From the NCBI GenBank assembly GCA_963706595.1, contig OY970166.1, positions 4,128,001 to 4,192,000 on the forward strand: DNA of 64,000 nucleotides, read 5' to 3'. Shown here one piece after another: positions 49,130 to 60,525 of the stretch. Within the stretch, counting starts at the first letter, position 1. The number at the start of each line of letters is the position of its first letter. Source of the DNA: an uncultured cyanobacterium (GTDB lineage: Bacteria > Cyanobacteriota > Cyanobacteriia > Cyanobacteriales > Nostocaceae). Position numbers and translations under genes: made by a program. The notes beneath the pieces are model-generated. The model was not told where the DNA came from. It saw only the letters and a list, made by a program, of their open reading frames with translations, and made no database searches.

Positions 49130-50356
49130 CTAGGCGGTAAACCATTGTGGGGTCAGTCTATTTTCTTCAGCAACAAAAGACTCAGTTGCTGTTGTGCCAT
49201 TCATAGACCAAATTTTATCTACACCTGTTTGTTGGTCACGCCAGTAGATATCAGTTGTGCCATTACCATCGAAGTCACCCAATGATGGGGACAAACCAGG
49301 AGCAATGCTTGGTAGGAAAGCTTCTGTGCTAACTGTTGTACCATCCATCAACCAGGCGGTATTCTCACCAGTTACCTGATTATGCCAGAAGATATCTGTC
49401 TTACCATCGCCATTAAAGTCACCAATAGAAGATGTCCAGGATGAGTCTAGTGTTGCTAGCGCACCTTCAGTGACAAAAATACCGTTCATTGTCCAAATCT
49501 TGTTTTCACCTGTTTCGCTGTTGCTCCAAAGAATATCAGTTCTAAAGTCACCATTGAAATCACCAAGGGTAAAGTCCCAAGATGGGTCTTGTGATTGGAG
49601 ACCAAATTCGGTTTTGTTATTACCATCCATAAACCAGACTTTGTTCTCACCAGTTGTCTGATTGCGCCAGAAGACATCACTCTTGCCATTACCGTCGAAA
49701 TCTACAATGGTGGGAGCGTAGGTTGTGTCTGTGGTGTCTAGAACGGCTGCGTCAATAACTGTGATACCATCCATTGTCCAGATAGCATTTTGACCAGTTT
49801 GAGCATTATGCCAGAAAATATCGGTCTTGCGATCGCCATTAAAATCGGCAATTTTAGCAGTCCAATTGGGGTCAACTGTTTCCAGCGCCACTGTATTAGC
49901 AATTCGTGTGCCTTCCATTAGCACAATGCGATTTTCACCTGTGGCTTGGTTACGCAATAAGAAGTCAGTCTTGCTATCACCATTAAAATCAGCAATTTCG
50001 TAAGACATAGATGATAGGTCATATTGACCGAGGGAAGCCTCTTCAATAATCCTGGTTCCATCCATGAGGCGAACGATGATTTCACCAGTTTCAGCATTGA
50101 CCCAAAGTTTATCTGTTTTGCCATCTCCGTTGAAATCAGGCACAATCGCCGCACTGGTTAAGTACGGATTAGGGTTAGGGTTGGCTCCTCCAAATAGGTT
50201 GGGAATTGTTGGTGTAGTGTTTAAGGGTGAGGAACTGCTACTGCTTCGTGATATAGGATTGAATTCTAGGTCTGAATTAGATACTAAAGCTGTTGATATT
50301 GCCACAGATTCATCAAATGAACTCTTTATTCTTTCGTCAAATCCAGAAGTAGGCAT
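49130..50356 (-). CDS. FG-GAP/VCBS repeat beta-propeller protein (7 repeats)
   Basis: Seven DF(N/D)G(D/N)xxxDI.W repeats. Confidence 0.9.
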   Translation of the reverse strand: MPTSGFDERIKSSFDESVAISTALVSNSDLEFNPISRSSSSSSPLNTTPTIPNLFGGANPNPNPYLTSAAIVPDFNGDGKTDKLWVNAETGEIIVRLMDGTRIIEEASLGQYDLSSMSYEIADFNGDSKTDFLLRNQATGENRIVLMEGTRIANTVALETVDPNWTAKIADFNGDRKTDIFWHNAQTGQNAIWTMDGITVIDAAVLDTTDTTYAPTIVDFDGNGKSDVFWRNQTTGENKVWFMDGNNKTEFGLQSQDPSWDFTLGDFNGDFRTDILWSNSETGENKIWTMNGIFVTEGALATLDSSWTSSIGDFNGDGKTDIFWHNQVTGENTAWLMDGTTVSTEAFLPSIAPGLSPSLGDFDGNGTTDIYWRDQQTGVDKIWSMNGTTATESFVAEENRLTPQWFTA

Positions 50357-50801
50357 AATGTATTTTTATGAGTTGTTCTGATTCAAGTTTTAACTTTTTT
50401 GTGGAGTAAGATTCTGTAATTTAAAAACTTTTTTTATTATTTCCATATTTCTTTATAAACATTTATCTTTAATAATTGTCAGTCTTTCCATACATTTATT
50501 AGTCTCGTTAATGATTTTAATCTGCGAGTGAATTATCAGGCTTTATAGACAAATTAACAATATTTTTGAAGGTGAATTATCATGAAAAAACTATATTTAA
50601 ATAGCGGCTAATATTGCCAAAAATACCGTTATTTTCAATACATTAAAAATCCGGCATTTGAGTTCAACCCAGATATTAATCAGGGTGTGAGTAATTATTC
50701 AAAGAAATATTGGCTAAAATAATTGAAATTAGACACAACTTTCCCTAGTTTACAGTTGTCTAAAGTGTAAAATAATACTAAAAGTTACAAATTGATTACT
50801 T

Positions 50802-52112
50802 ATGCAAGCAGAATATCAGCAACGTCGCGATCGCTTAATGGCAAAAATTGGTCATGGTACGGCGATTTTTCGCAGTGCGCCAATGGCCGTCATGCACAAC
50901 GATGTGGAATACACTTATCGTCAGGACAGTGATTTTTTCTATCTGACTGGGTTTAATGAACCGCAAGCCGTCGCAGTGTTAGCCCCACACCATGCAGAAC
51001 ATCGGTTTGTGTTGTTTGTCCAACCGAAGGATCGGGAAAAGGAAGTTTGGACTGGTTATCTTTGTGGGGTGGATGCAGCCAAGGAAAAGTATGGTGCGGA
51101 TGCAGCTTACCCCATATCGGAACTTGATGAAAAGTTGCCCCAGTATTTGGAAAAAGCTGATCGCATTTACTATCATTTAGGACGCGATCGCACTTTTAAT
51201 GATACCATCCTCGGACATTACCAACGCTTACTGCGGACTTATCCCAAGCGGGGGACAGGGCCAACTGGCATTGAAGATACTGGAACCATCCTCAACAGTA
51301 TGAGATTGGTGAAAAGTGAAGCCGAATTAGAATTGATGCGCCAAGCGGCGGACATTGCTGTGGAAGCACACAATCGCGCTAGGGAATTTACCGCACCTGG
51401 ACGTTATGAGTACGAAATCCAGGCGGAAATAGAACATACCTTTAAGTTACGGGGTGGGATGGGGCCAGCTTATCCTTCCATTGTGGCTTCTGGTGTGAAT
51501 GCCTGTGTATTACATTACGTCGAAAATCATCGGCAAATGCAAGATCAAGAATTGCTGCTGATTGATGCTGGTTGTGCTTATGGTTATTACAACTCTGATA
51601 TTACCAGGACATTTCCGGTAGGTGGTAAGTTTACACCAGAGCAAAAAACATTGTATGAGATTGTTTTAGAGGCTCAAAAACAGGCGATCGCTCAAGTAAA
51701 GCCCGGTAATACTTTTAACGCCGTTCACGATGCAGCCGTGCGTGTAATCACAGAAGGATTAGTAGAACTTGGTATCCTCAAAGGTGAAATTGACAAGTTA
51801 ATTGAGGAAGAAAAATATAAACCCTATTATATGCACCGTACCAGCCATTGGTTAGGTTTGGATGTTCACGATGTGGGTGTTTACCAACACGGCGAAGATA
51901 AACCGCAGATTTTGCAACCTGGACAGGTGTTAACCGTGGAACCGGGAATTTATATAGTTCCAGAGACCAAACTAGCAGAAGACCAACCAGAAACAGACCC
52001 GCGCTGGGTGGGGATTGGGATTCGCATTGAAGATGATGTTTTGGTAACACCTACAGGAAATGAAGTTTTAACGGCTGGGGTTCCCAAAGAAGTAGCGGAA
52101 GTGGAACGATAA
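50802..52112 (+). CDS. pepP: Xaa-Pro aminopeptidase P
   Basis: YRQDSDFFYLTG, IDAG, SDITRT, HWLGLDVHD, EPGIY, RIEDD. Confidence 0.95.
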   Translation: MQAEYQQRRDRLMAKIGHGTAIFRSAPMAVMHNDVEYTYRQDSDFFYLTGFNEPQAVAVLAPHHAEHRFVLFVQPKDREKEVWTGYLCGVDAAKEKYGADAAYPISELDEKLPQYLEKADRIYYHLGRDRTFNDTILGHYQRLLRTYPKRGTGPTGIEDTGTILNSMRLVKSEAELELMRQAADIAVEAHNRAREFTAPGRYEYEIQAEIEHTFKLRGGMGPAYPSIVASGVNACVLHYVENHRQMQDQELLLIDAGCAYGYYNSDITRTFPVGGKFTPEQKTLYEIVLEAQKQAIAQVKPGNTFNAVHDAAVRVITEGLVELGILKGEIDKLIEEEKYKPYYMHRTSHWLGLDVHDVGVYQHGEDKPQILQPGQVLTVEPGIYIVPETKLAEDQPETDPRWVGIGIRIEDDVLVTPTGNEVLTAGVPKEVAEVER

Positions 52113-52154
52113 AAAATGGGGATGGTTAACAGTTATCAGTTAATAGGATAACTT

Positions 52155-52211
52155 GTTAACAGTTAACTGTTAACTGTTAACTGTTAACTGTTAACTGTTA
52201 ACTGTTAACTG
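52155..52211. repeat. Heptamer tandem repeat (GTTAACT)n
   Basis: Directly visible between convergent genes. Confidence 0.9.
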
Positions 52212-52213
52212 AT

Positions 52214-52768
52214 TTAAGTGCGATCGCATATCTGTTCTACGGAAATAGAAACATCTGGAAATGCCAGAGGTTGAATTGTTCCTGTCCTCAAGGTTTGTTT
52301 TGTGGCGTATTCTCCATCTAGGATGTCTCTAAACACCACTAAATGTAACTTTTTCAGATTTACAACCCAATACTCTAAAATACCTGCTGCGGCGTAAATT
52401 TTAGGCTTTAGTGCTAAATCTTTCTCTAAACTAGAGTTAGCATACTCAATTAACCAAAAAATATTTTCAGGATAGGGATGATGTTCTCGATACTCCCGTC
52501 CTAAACATTGGACAATGGCTAAATCAGGTTCGGGTTCCGAGTCGTTGGGTAGGGTAATGGGTTTAGCTTGACGTATCGTGGCACGTGTACCTAACAAATC
52601 TGTGAGATACTGACCCGCTTCATGGCTACAATAAGCATGGGGTTCTCCTTCTGGCGACATTTCGACGATTTCTCCTTCCAGTAATTCCACCTTGCGATCG
52701 CACAAAATACCAGAGTCAATCATGCTGTGATATTCGTCAATTGTCCACTTAGCCAGAATTACGTTCAT
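52214..52768 (-). CDS. Uma2/DUF820 family endonuclease
   Basis: VELLEGEI..MSP, PEPD, LIE, K..IYA.AGI.EYWVV. Confidence 0.92.
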   Translation of the reverse strand: MNVILAKWTIDEYHSMIDSGILCDRKVELLEGEIVEMSPEGEPHAYCSHEAGQYLTDLLGTRATIRQAKPITLPNDSEPEPDLAIVQCLGREYREHHPYPENIFWLIEYANSSLEKDLALKPKIYAAAGILEYWVVNLKKLHLVVFRDILDGEYATKQTLRTGTIQPLAFPDVSISVEQICDRT

Positions 52769-52955
52769 GACGATTGATTCCTCCCAATCATGCTTTCATC
52801 TACTATACAGCTGCGCTAATTCGGCCTGTGGTGTGCTGTAATTCCTCTTCTGGGTAGTAGCAGTCAATACTAAACTATCACGCCATAATAGTTTATTCAT
52901 ACTTTAAAATAATTACTCTAAATTATTACAAATAATCTATCCTGTCCTACTACCC

Positions 52956-55900
52956 ATGATTGAATTTACCAACTACATCCAAGACTTACAAACCAATATT
53001 AAACGCGGTGGAGAACGCAGTCATTACCCCAGTTTACAACGGCTGATTGAAGGCTTAATGATTGGAATTAATGCCACAATTGAAGAAAAAGGTAATCAAG
53101 AGGGTATTCCTGATTTCACTATCAGAAAAAATGATCGAGTTTTAGGATATATAGAAGCTAAAGATATTAATGTCGATTTAGCTAAAACCGAAAAAAACGA
53201 ACAACTCAAACGTTATTTAGAATCAAACATTGGTTATAACTTGATTTTAACTAATTATCTCGAATTTCGTTGGTACGTAGATGGAGAATGTGAAAAAACT
53301 GCTAAATTAGCTAATTTAGAACAAGGTGAAATTATCCTAATTGATAATTTACAGCCCATTGAAGAATTACTGCAATTATTTCTCAATCAAAAAGCCAAAG
53401 ATATTAATAACTATTATGATTTGGCTAAAGAAATGGCAGCTTATACTAAAACTATTAGAAATGCGATTTTCTCAACTTTAGATATAGAAGCAAACACCGA
53501 AGAATTAAATCAATTAAAAGAAACATTTAAACAAATATTGATTCTGGATATAGATAATCAAAGTTTTGCTGATATGTATGCTCAAACCATTGCTTATGGT
53601 TTATTTACAGCGAAAATTGGTCACGCACAAAACCCAGGACAATCTGCATTCAACCGCACAACAGCAAGTATTTATATTAGTGATAGAATCCCTTTTTTAA
53701 AAGGTTTATTCGATATAGTTATTGCTACTGATGGCGTGAGCAAAATTCACAAATCAATTGAAAATTTAGTAGAATTACTAAATTCAGTTGACATGACCAA
53801 TATTTTAGAAACATTTGGACAAGAAACCCGCACAGAAGACCCAGTTATTCACTTTTATGAAACATTTTTAGCAGCTTATCAATCTTCATTAAGAAAAAGT
53901 CGCGGAGTTTATTACACTCCTGAACCTGTAGTTAATTTTATAGTTCGTGCTGTAAATGATATTTTAGTGAATGAAGAAATATTTGATTTACAACGTGGTT
54001 TAGGAAATCGTAAAGTCACAATTCTTGACCCCGCAACAGGAACCGGAACTTTTTTATATGCAGTTATTAAACAAATTCGGGATAATGTTTCTAAATATGG
54101 AATCGATAAATGGAATACTTTTTTAAGAGATGCTAAACTTGTAAATCGCCTATTTGGCTTTGAGTTATTCATGACTCCTTATACTATAGCACATTTAAAA
54201 TTAGGGTTATTATTAGGAGATTTAGGTTATAAATTTGATTCAGAAGAAAGATTAAAAGTTTATTTAACTAATGCGTTAGAGGAAGGCATAAAACAAGGTG
54301 ATTTAATTCCTGGTATTACCCAAATTATTGCGGAAGAATCAAGTCAAGCAGGAAAAGTAAAAACCGAAGTTCCGGTAATGGTGGTATTAGGAAATCCTCC
54401 TTATTCTGTTAGTTCTCAAAATGCGAGTAAACGCAAAAGGCTTTTAAATCAAGACGAGAAATATTTAGCTGATGTTGAATATACTGGTTCAGCTTGGAAT
54501 AAGAAATATAAAACTGGGAAAGCTGGTAAAACTATTACTGAGTTAACCCATATTGGCGAACTTTTAGAATTATATAAAGGTCGAGTCAGGTTAGAAAAAG
54601 AAAAAAATATTCAACCTCTGGATGATGATTATATTAAATTTATTCGTTTTGCTCAATATCAAATTCAAAAAACACCCAAAGGTTATGGAATTATTGGTTT
54701 TATTACTAATCATTCCTATCTCAATGGTTTAATTCATCGGGGAATGAGAGAGGAGTTATTAAAGTATTTTGATAGTTTATATATCATGGATTTGCATGGT
54801 AATTCTTTATTAAAAGAAACTACACCCGATGGAAATATTGATCAAAATGTTTTTGATATTCAGCAAGGAGTAGCAATTTTAATTGCTGTGCGGGAAAAAA
54901 GCGAACCTGATTATTTTTCTACTGCTTATAAATCCAGAGATGGTGTGAAGGAAATGGCGAAGGTGTTATATTATGATCTCTGGGGAAGTCGTGAAGATAA
55001 ATATCGGTTTTTGGAATCTGCAAGTTTAAATGATGTTGATTGGATAGAGTTAAAACCAACAGCACCTAATTACTTTTTTGCACCGAAAGATTTTGATTTA
55101 GTTACAGAATATAATCAAGGTTGGATTGTTACAGATATTTTTCCTGTTAATTCTAGTGGTGTTAAAACACATCGAGATCATTTTGCAATTGATTTTGATT
55201 TAGATAAACTTTATAAAAGAATAAAAGATTTTATAGACTTACGAATCACAGATGAACAAATATCTACTATTTATGATTTAAAAGATACTCGTGATTGGAA
55301 GCTTTCTTTCAAGAGGTTATCACTAAATAAAAATTTAAAATGGGAAAATTATTTCACTACATATTTATATCGTCCCTTTGATAGCAGATTCTATTATCAT
55401 CACAAAGATATTGTAGAACTGACCAAACATGAAGTCATGAGAAATTTACAATTTGATAATTTAGCATTCATTTTATGTCGTCAGCAAAAAGAGATCGGTT
55501 TTAAACATTGTTTTGTAACGAATGAGATAGGAGATGGTAATACTATTTCAATTCATTCAAGAGAATACAACTATTATTTCCCTCTCTATACTTACCCAAA
55601 TACAGAAAATCAACAAACGAACCTATTTATAGAAAAAACTTCTAATTTATCCCCAAAATTTTTAGAAACCATCAAAATAAAATTGGGTAAAAAACCAACT
55701 CCAGAACAAATATTTTACTATGCTTATGCTATTTTTCATAGTCCCACCTATCGCAGCAGATACGCTGAATTTCTCAAAATAGATTTTCCTCGTCTTCCCT
55801 TAACCAGTAATCAAAAACTGTTTAACTTATTAGCTGAAAAAGGAGAAGAATTAGTCAATTTACATTTAATGAAATCTAGCACACTGAATAATTTAATCAC

Positions 55901-56195
55901 GACATTTGTAAATCAGGGAAATAACCAAGTTAATGAAGTAACTTATAATTCAGAGTTGCAAAGAATATATATCAATAAACAGAGTTATTTTACAGATATT
56001 CCTCAACATATCTGGGAATTTAAAATAGGTGGATATCAAGTATTAGATAAATGGTTGAAAGATAGAAAAAATGCTCATCGTCTATTGTCAGAAGAAGAAG
56101 TTAACCACTATCAAAAAATTGTTGTTGTTTTAACAGAAACCTTGCGGTTAATGCAGGAAATTGATAGTTTAATTCCTGGGTTTCCCATAGAATAA
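52956..56195 (+). CDS. Single-chain restriction-modification enzyme (N6-adenine MTase, N-terminal PD-(D/E)xK nuclease, type ISP-like C-terminal specificity region)
   Basis: PDF...GYIEAK, GVYYTP, ILDPATGTGTF, GNPPY, YRPFD, DFPRLP, IGGYQVLDKWLKDRK. Confidence 0.9.
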   Translation: MIEFTNYIQDLQTNIKRGGERSHYPSLQRLIEGLMIGINATIEEKGNQEGIPDFTIRKNDRVLGYIEAKDINVDLAKTEKNEQLKRYLESNIGYNLILTNYLEFRWYVDGECEKTAKLANLEQGEIILIDNLQPIEELLQLFLNQKAKDINNYYDLAKEMAAYTKTIRNAIFSTLDIEANTEELNQLKETFKQILILDIDNQSFADMYAQTIAYGLFTAKIGHAQNPGQSAFNRTTASIYISDRIPFLKGLFDIVIATDGVSKIHKSIENLVELLNSVDMTNILETFGQETRTEDPVIHFYETFLAAYQSSLRKSRGVYYTPEPVVNFIVRAVNDILVNEEIFDLQRGLGNRKVTILDPATGTGTFLYAVIKQIRDNVSKYGIDKWNTFLRDAKLVNRLFGFELFMTPYTIAHLKLGLLLGDLGYKFDSEERLKVYLTNALEEGIKQGDLIPGITQIIAEESSQAGKVKTEVPVMVVLGNPPYSVSSQNASKRKRLLNQDEKYLADVEYTGSAWNKKYKTGKAGKTITELTHIGELLELYKGRVRLEKEKNIQPLDDDYIKFIRFAQYQIQKTPKGYGIIGFITNHSYLNGLIHRGMREELLKYFDSLYIMDLHGNSLLKETTPDGNIDQNVFDIQQGVAILIAVREKSEPDYFSTAYKSRDGVKEMAKVLYYDLWGSREDKYRFLESASLNDVDWIELKPTAPNYFFAPKDFDLVTEYNQGWIVTDIFPVNSSGVKTHRDHFAIDFDLDKLYKRIKDFIDLRITDEQISTIYDLKDTRDWKLSFKRLSLNKNLKWENYFTTYLYRPFDSRFYYHHKDIVELTKHEVMRNLQFDNLAFILCRQQKEIGFKHCFVTNEIGDGNTISIHSREYNYYFPLYTYPNTENQQTNLFIEKTSNLSPKFLETIKIKLGKKPTPEQIFYYAYAIFHSPTYRSRYAEFLKIDFPRLPLTSNQKLFNLLAEKGEELVNLHLMKSSTLNNLITTFVNQGNNQVNEVTYNSELQRIYINKQSYFTDIPQHIWEFKIGGYQVLDKWLKDRKNAHRLLSEEEVNHYQKIVVVLTETLRLMQEIDSLIPGFPIE

Positions 56196-56280
56196 TATAA
56201 GTGTATATGGTTGACACAATGCTCATTTTTTTATATCTTTACACACCCCAACAGATAAAACAAAAAATATCTGTAATTAA

Positions 56281-57867
56281 CTAACCTCTTTCCTTAAACC
56301 AGCGCACAATTTTATCAGCTAAATTATTAAAAAAGTGTTCAGTCAGCGTATCCTCACCACCCCAAGCGGGAATTTTTGCCCCCAATCTAGTGAAAAAATC
56401 ATAGATAATAAATTGAGCGAGTTTGCTTCTTTTTCCAGTCGCTGAATAAATCATCTGACAGGGGTAAGCTAAAGTACCAACAGTAGGAAGTAAACCTACT
56501 ATCAAAGCGAACCAAGGTACTTCTCTACCTTCCCTGGCTTCTTCAATCATTCTCCAGGATGTATAGATACTCCTATATACTGGACCACCAACCGCGAACC
56601 AAATTATCAATACTATTTCATTAATAATCCCGGTAGAATATAATATTGGTAACATTAAAATTTCTAGTCCTTTAAAAAATCCTTTAATGCCCAGATGTAC
56701 ACCAAAATCTGTTAAATAAGCACTAGCATTTTCACTAGATAAGCGTGTAAATAGATCATTGGCTTCTTCAGATTTAAGTTGACCACGTTTTTGCCAAGCC
56801 AAAATTCTATTAGAGACATAATCTCTGGCAATTTTTAATCTATAACGCTGAGAAACAAAAAATTTACCCAACTGTTTCACTATTCTTTGATAATGAATAG
56901 TTTTTAGTTTGTTAAATATTTTTGATGGCAAAGAAATTATCAGGAATTTCACGCCTATGCTAATTATTTTCCCTAACTCTCGTATATACCAAATCAACGG
57001 ATATTGAGAAAACCAGTTAGCCTGTTCTTCAGTGATATAACTCTTGTGTAATTGATATTTAATACTTCTATCAAACCTCCTCATTGATTTCCATTTTTTT
57101 TGATTATATTCGAGATGTTCGACCTGTTCTAAAATTTCTAAATATTCTTCAGTTCCTAATATATCTTCTAAACCAACCTTTTCCTGAGAGATATATTGCT
57201 TCAATTTATTAATATCTACATCATCAAATAATGGATTTCTATGTTTAAATGCCTTTGGTAAATAAAATGAGAAAAGTGTGAAAAAATTAATAGGAAATAA
57301 GGCCGGAACACCAGACTCGCAGTCTATAAATACAAAAACATATTTTTCTGCTGTATTACTTTCTAATAAAAAATTGTTTAAAGCTGTGGGACTACCTTTA
57401 CCAGCTTGCCAAACCAGACCATCAAAGCCAGATTTTATTAGTAGTTTTTGCAAAGGTATCATAATAACGTGAACTAACTCCCGCAACTCTTCGCCTTGAT
57501 TTTGATTAAAAGGTTGGTGTAGTTCAACGTGTCTCCCACTAATAAATTCTGTATCTAATTGATAGGCTTGAAATTCTTCATTCCACCCCATAGCAAATGC
57601 GTCCGCAACTCTGAGTTGAGAACCAAACCAAAATTTAACCAGTTGCTTTAATATTTTGCGGCGATAGTAAGCACAGCTTAAGGCATTTTGGTTCCAAACG
57701 TAAGGATTAGGAACACCAAAGAAAAAATAATGAATTAAGTTGGCTATCTTGTCCTCAAAGAAGATTTTTCTAGCAATAGAACCTTCAGGTGTATTAACTA
57801 AATAAACTTGTCCTGATTTACCTGCACCTAACAACTTCGGGGGAGAATCCTGTGGAATGTCTACCAT
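56281..57867 (-). CDS. Hypothetical protein: kinase-like N-terminus, C-terminal membrane segments
   Basis: LGAGKSGQVY, IARKIF, NNFLL, FIDCESG; hydrophobic helices near the C-terminus. Confidence 0.7.
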   Translation of the reverse strand: MVDIPQDSPPKLLGAGKSGQVYLVNTPEGSIARKIFFEDKIANLIHYFFFGVPNPYVWNQNALSCAYYRRKILKQLVKFWFGSQLRVADAFAMGWNEEFQAYQLDTEFISGRHVELHQPFNQNQGEELRELVHVIMIPLQKLLIKSGFDGLVWQAGKGSPTALNNFLLESNTAEKYVFVFIDCESGVPALFPINFFTLFSFYLPKAFKHRNPLFDDVDINKLKQYISQEKVGLEDILGTEEYLEILEQVEHLEYNQKKWKSMRRFDRSIKYQLHKSYITEEQANWFSQYPLIWYIRELGKIISIGVKFLIISLPSKIFNKLKTIHYQRIVKQLGKFFVSQRYRLKIARDYVSNRILAWQKRGQLKSEEANDLFTRLSSENASAYLTDFGVHLGIKGFFKGLEILMLPILYSTGIINEIVLIIWFAVGGPVYRSIYTSWRMIEEAREGREVPWFALIVGLLPTVGTLAYPCQMIYSATGKRSKLAQFIIYDFFTRLGAKIPAWGGEDTLTEHFFNNLADKIVRWFKERG

Positions 57868-57941
57868 CTGAGGTTTTATATTTTAATAAAATTAAGATCC
57901 GTCCATCAATACCTTCGCCAAATTGAAAAAAGCCTAAATTC

Positions 57942-58069
57942 GTAGGTTTGGTTGTTCGCGGTAGCGTTGCGGAGCAATCAGCATGAAACCCAACAAATGC
58001 GTTGGGTTGCGCTGTCGCTTAACCTAACCTACAATTTTTTTGCAACATTTTAAGCTTGTCACGCCACTA
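57942..58069. repeat. Degenerate REP doublet with MITE-like end
   Basis: Similar to 34576..34684. Confidence 0.7.
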
Positions 58070-58158
58070 AATATACTTGGATTTTTTCAATAATCAAATC
58101 GGATTCCTATATATAGATCCATTATTAGAGACAACCGTAAATTTATTAACATTTAGTC

Positions 58159-58190
58159 AAAAAAATAGGGATGGTTGATACCATCCCCAT
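58159..58190 (-). terminator. Intrinsic terminator of ftsH
   Basis: Minus strand GGGATGG-TATCAA-CCATCCC followed by a T run. Confidence 0.7.
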
Positions 58191-58226
58191 TAATCTCAAA
58201 TTCAATCTCAAATTCAATTCAAAACC

Positions 58227-60113
58227 TTACAGTTGTGGTACAAACTGAACTTTTTCAGGTACTTCAGCGTACTCAGCGACAATTTGGCGGAATTCTTCAC
58301 CGTCAATGGTTTCTTTTTCGATGAGCAAATCTACTAGGCGATCGCAGACGGTACGATGATCACGCATAATTTGTTTAGCGTTGTCATAGCACTTTTCTAC
58401 AATTTCCCGGACTTGAGCATCGATTCGAGCCGCAATGGATTCCGAATACTCAGAGCGGGTAGTCCAATCACGACCCAAGAATACTTCTCCCTGTTGGCTT
58501 TCCAAGGATAGTGGACCTAAGTCGGACATTCCGAAGCGAGTCACCATTTGGCGAGCCATTGCTGATAGCTGTTGCAAGTCTCCACCCGCGCCAGTTGTGA
58601 CTTCCGCAGCGCCAAACACAATTTCTTCAGCAGCGCGTCCACCTAACGCACCAGTAATTCTGGCTTTGAGTTGAGAACGGGAAATTAATCCTTGTTCTTC
58701 ATCAGGAGTAAACCAAGTTAAACCCTGTGCTTGTCCGCGTGGGATCAGAGTAACTTTCTGCACGGGGTCATGTTCTTTTAACAAAGTCCCGACTAAAGCG
58801 TGTCCGACTTCATGGTAAGCAATTAAGCGTTTGCTTTTGCTGTCTACCAAAGGAGTACCTTCCATACCCGCAACCACTCTATCCACTGCATCATCAATTT
58901 CGCGGATGGTGATGGCTTCTTTACGCCTTCTAGCGGTAAGAATTGCGGCTTCGTTGAGTAAGTTGGCTAAATCTGCACCAGTGAAACCAGGAGTTCGACG
59001 AGCGATCGCATCTAAAGATACACTAGGATCAAGCTTCTTATTCCGGGAGTGAACTTGTAAAACTTCCAAACGTCCTTTAATATCAGGTGCATCAACAGTG
59101 ATTTGGCGGTCAAAACGACCGGGACGCAATAAAGCTGAATCTAATACGTCAGGACGGTTGGTAGCAGCAATAATAATAATCCCTGTATTGCCTTCAAAGC
59201 CATCCATTTCGGTGAGCAATTGGTTGAGGGTTTGCTCTCTTTCATCATTACCGCCACCAATCCCAGCGCCTCTTTGCCGTCCCACAGCGTCGATTTCATC
59301 GATAAAGATGATACAGGGAGCGTTATCTTTGGCTTTCTTGAACAAATCGCGGACGCGGGATGCACCCACACCAACGAACATTTCCACAAATTCTGAACCA
59401 GAAATACTAAAGAAAGGAACACCAGCTTCCCCAGATATAGCCTTAGCTAGTAAAGTTTTACCAGTTCCTGGAGGTCCAATTAACAACACACCTTTAGGAA
59501 TGCGTGCGCCTACAGCCGTAAACTTTTCTGGCTGTTTGAGGAAGGTAACAACTTCTTGCAGTTCTTCTTTAGCTTCTTCAATACCTGCTACGTCGTCAAA
59601 TTTGACTCCGGTTTTTGCTTCCATTTGGAAACGAGCCTTCGATTTGCCAAAGTTCATCGCTTGACCAGGACCACCGGGCATATTGCTAGAGCGACGGAAC
59701 AAAAAGAACAATCCAGTAATCAATAAGATTGGAAAAATGAGATTCCCCAACAGTCCCCAGATCGCGCCATCATTACGCATAGGGTGGGCATCAAAACTAA
59801 TGTTTTTTTCTTTGAGCTTGGTAATTAACTCCGGAGAATTAATCGGCAAGTCCACCCGCCACCGTTGGATACGATTTTCGATATCTTGATCGTTTGCTTC
59901 GACAATTGCCGTTCTGCCGCCTTCATACAAGTCAACACTGGTAACACGGTTAGCGTCCAAGTATTCCAGAAAGCGACCATAGGTCATGCGGGTGTTGGCT
60001 GTATTTCTACTCATATCAGCCGGAGCGCCAGCAAAAGCCCCTTGCCAGAAGAAAAAGCCAATTACCAAAGCAGGCAATGTCCAGAGTACTGCGACTCTCC
60101 AGGAGAATTTCAT
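58227..60113 (-). CDS. ftsH: ATP-dependent zinc metalloprotease FtsH (FtsH2-like)
   Basis: [26 protein letters not shown]. Confidence 0.97.
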   Translation of the reverse strand: MKFSWRVAVLWTLPALVIGFFFWQGAFAGAPADMSRNTANTRMTYGRFLEYLDANRVTSVDLYEGGRTAIVEANDQDIENRIQRWRVDLPINSPELITKLKEKNISFDAHPMRNDGAIWGLLGNLIFPILLITGLFFLFRRSSNMPGGPGQAMNFGKSKARFQMEAKTGVKFDDVAGIEEAKEELQEVVTFLKQPEKFTAVGARIPKGVLLIGPPGTGKTLLAKAISGEAGVPFFSISGSEFVEMFVGVGASRVRDLFKKAKDNAPCIIFIDEIDAVGRQRGAGIGGGNDEREQTLNQLLTEMDGFEGNTGIIIIAATNRPDVLDSALLRPGRFDRQITVDAPDIKGRLEVLQVHSRNKKLDPSVSLDAIARRTPGFTGADLANLLNEAAILTARRRKEAITIREIDDAVDRVVAGMEGTPLVDSKSKRLIAYHEVGHALVGTLLKEHDPVQKVTLIPRGQAQGLTWFTPDEEQGLISRSQLKARITGALGGRAAEEIVFGAAEVTTGAGGDLQQLSAMARQMVTRFGMSDLGPLSLESQQGEVFLGRDWTTRSEYSESIAARIDAQVREIVEKCYDNAKQIMRDHRTVCDRLVDLLIEKETIDGEEFRQIVAEYAEVPEKVQFVPQL

Positions 60114-60525
60114 TTTAATTTGCCTCTAGATGCCAATACAATTAACCATCTCTAAAAACTGATGATGCAATTCACCTGCGATTAGATTAGGTGTGTCATT
60201 TTGTTTAATTTGATCTTTGATCTTAGATCGCGGTAGAGCCATGAGGGCATTACGGCGATGTCAAAAAGTATCTTAATTAAAGTTAACTTAATTTTAATAC
60301 AACTTTGCACTAGAAGAGAAGGAGTTAAGGAGACGAAGAAACAGGTAAAATCGCCACAACAACTATGAATCGGTTATTGCAGCATTTTTACATCACTTAA
60401 AAATTTCCTGAATTCTGGTGAAGAATGGAGATTTGCTTTTTTATCTCCCTCATTTTTCTTGTACAGACGCGATAAATCGCGTCTCTCTTGTTTTTCTTGT
60501 CCGATTGATTGCGTCTCTGAGGTCC

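Noticed and set aside
59098..59664. Long antisense or alternate-frame ORFs (also 22194..22646, 1885..2445, 8786..9175, 9365..9763)
   Set aside because: They lie wholly within well-supported genes and show no recognisable motifs.
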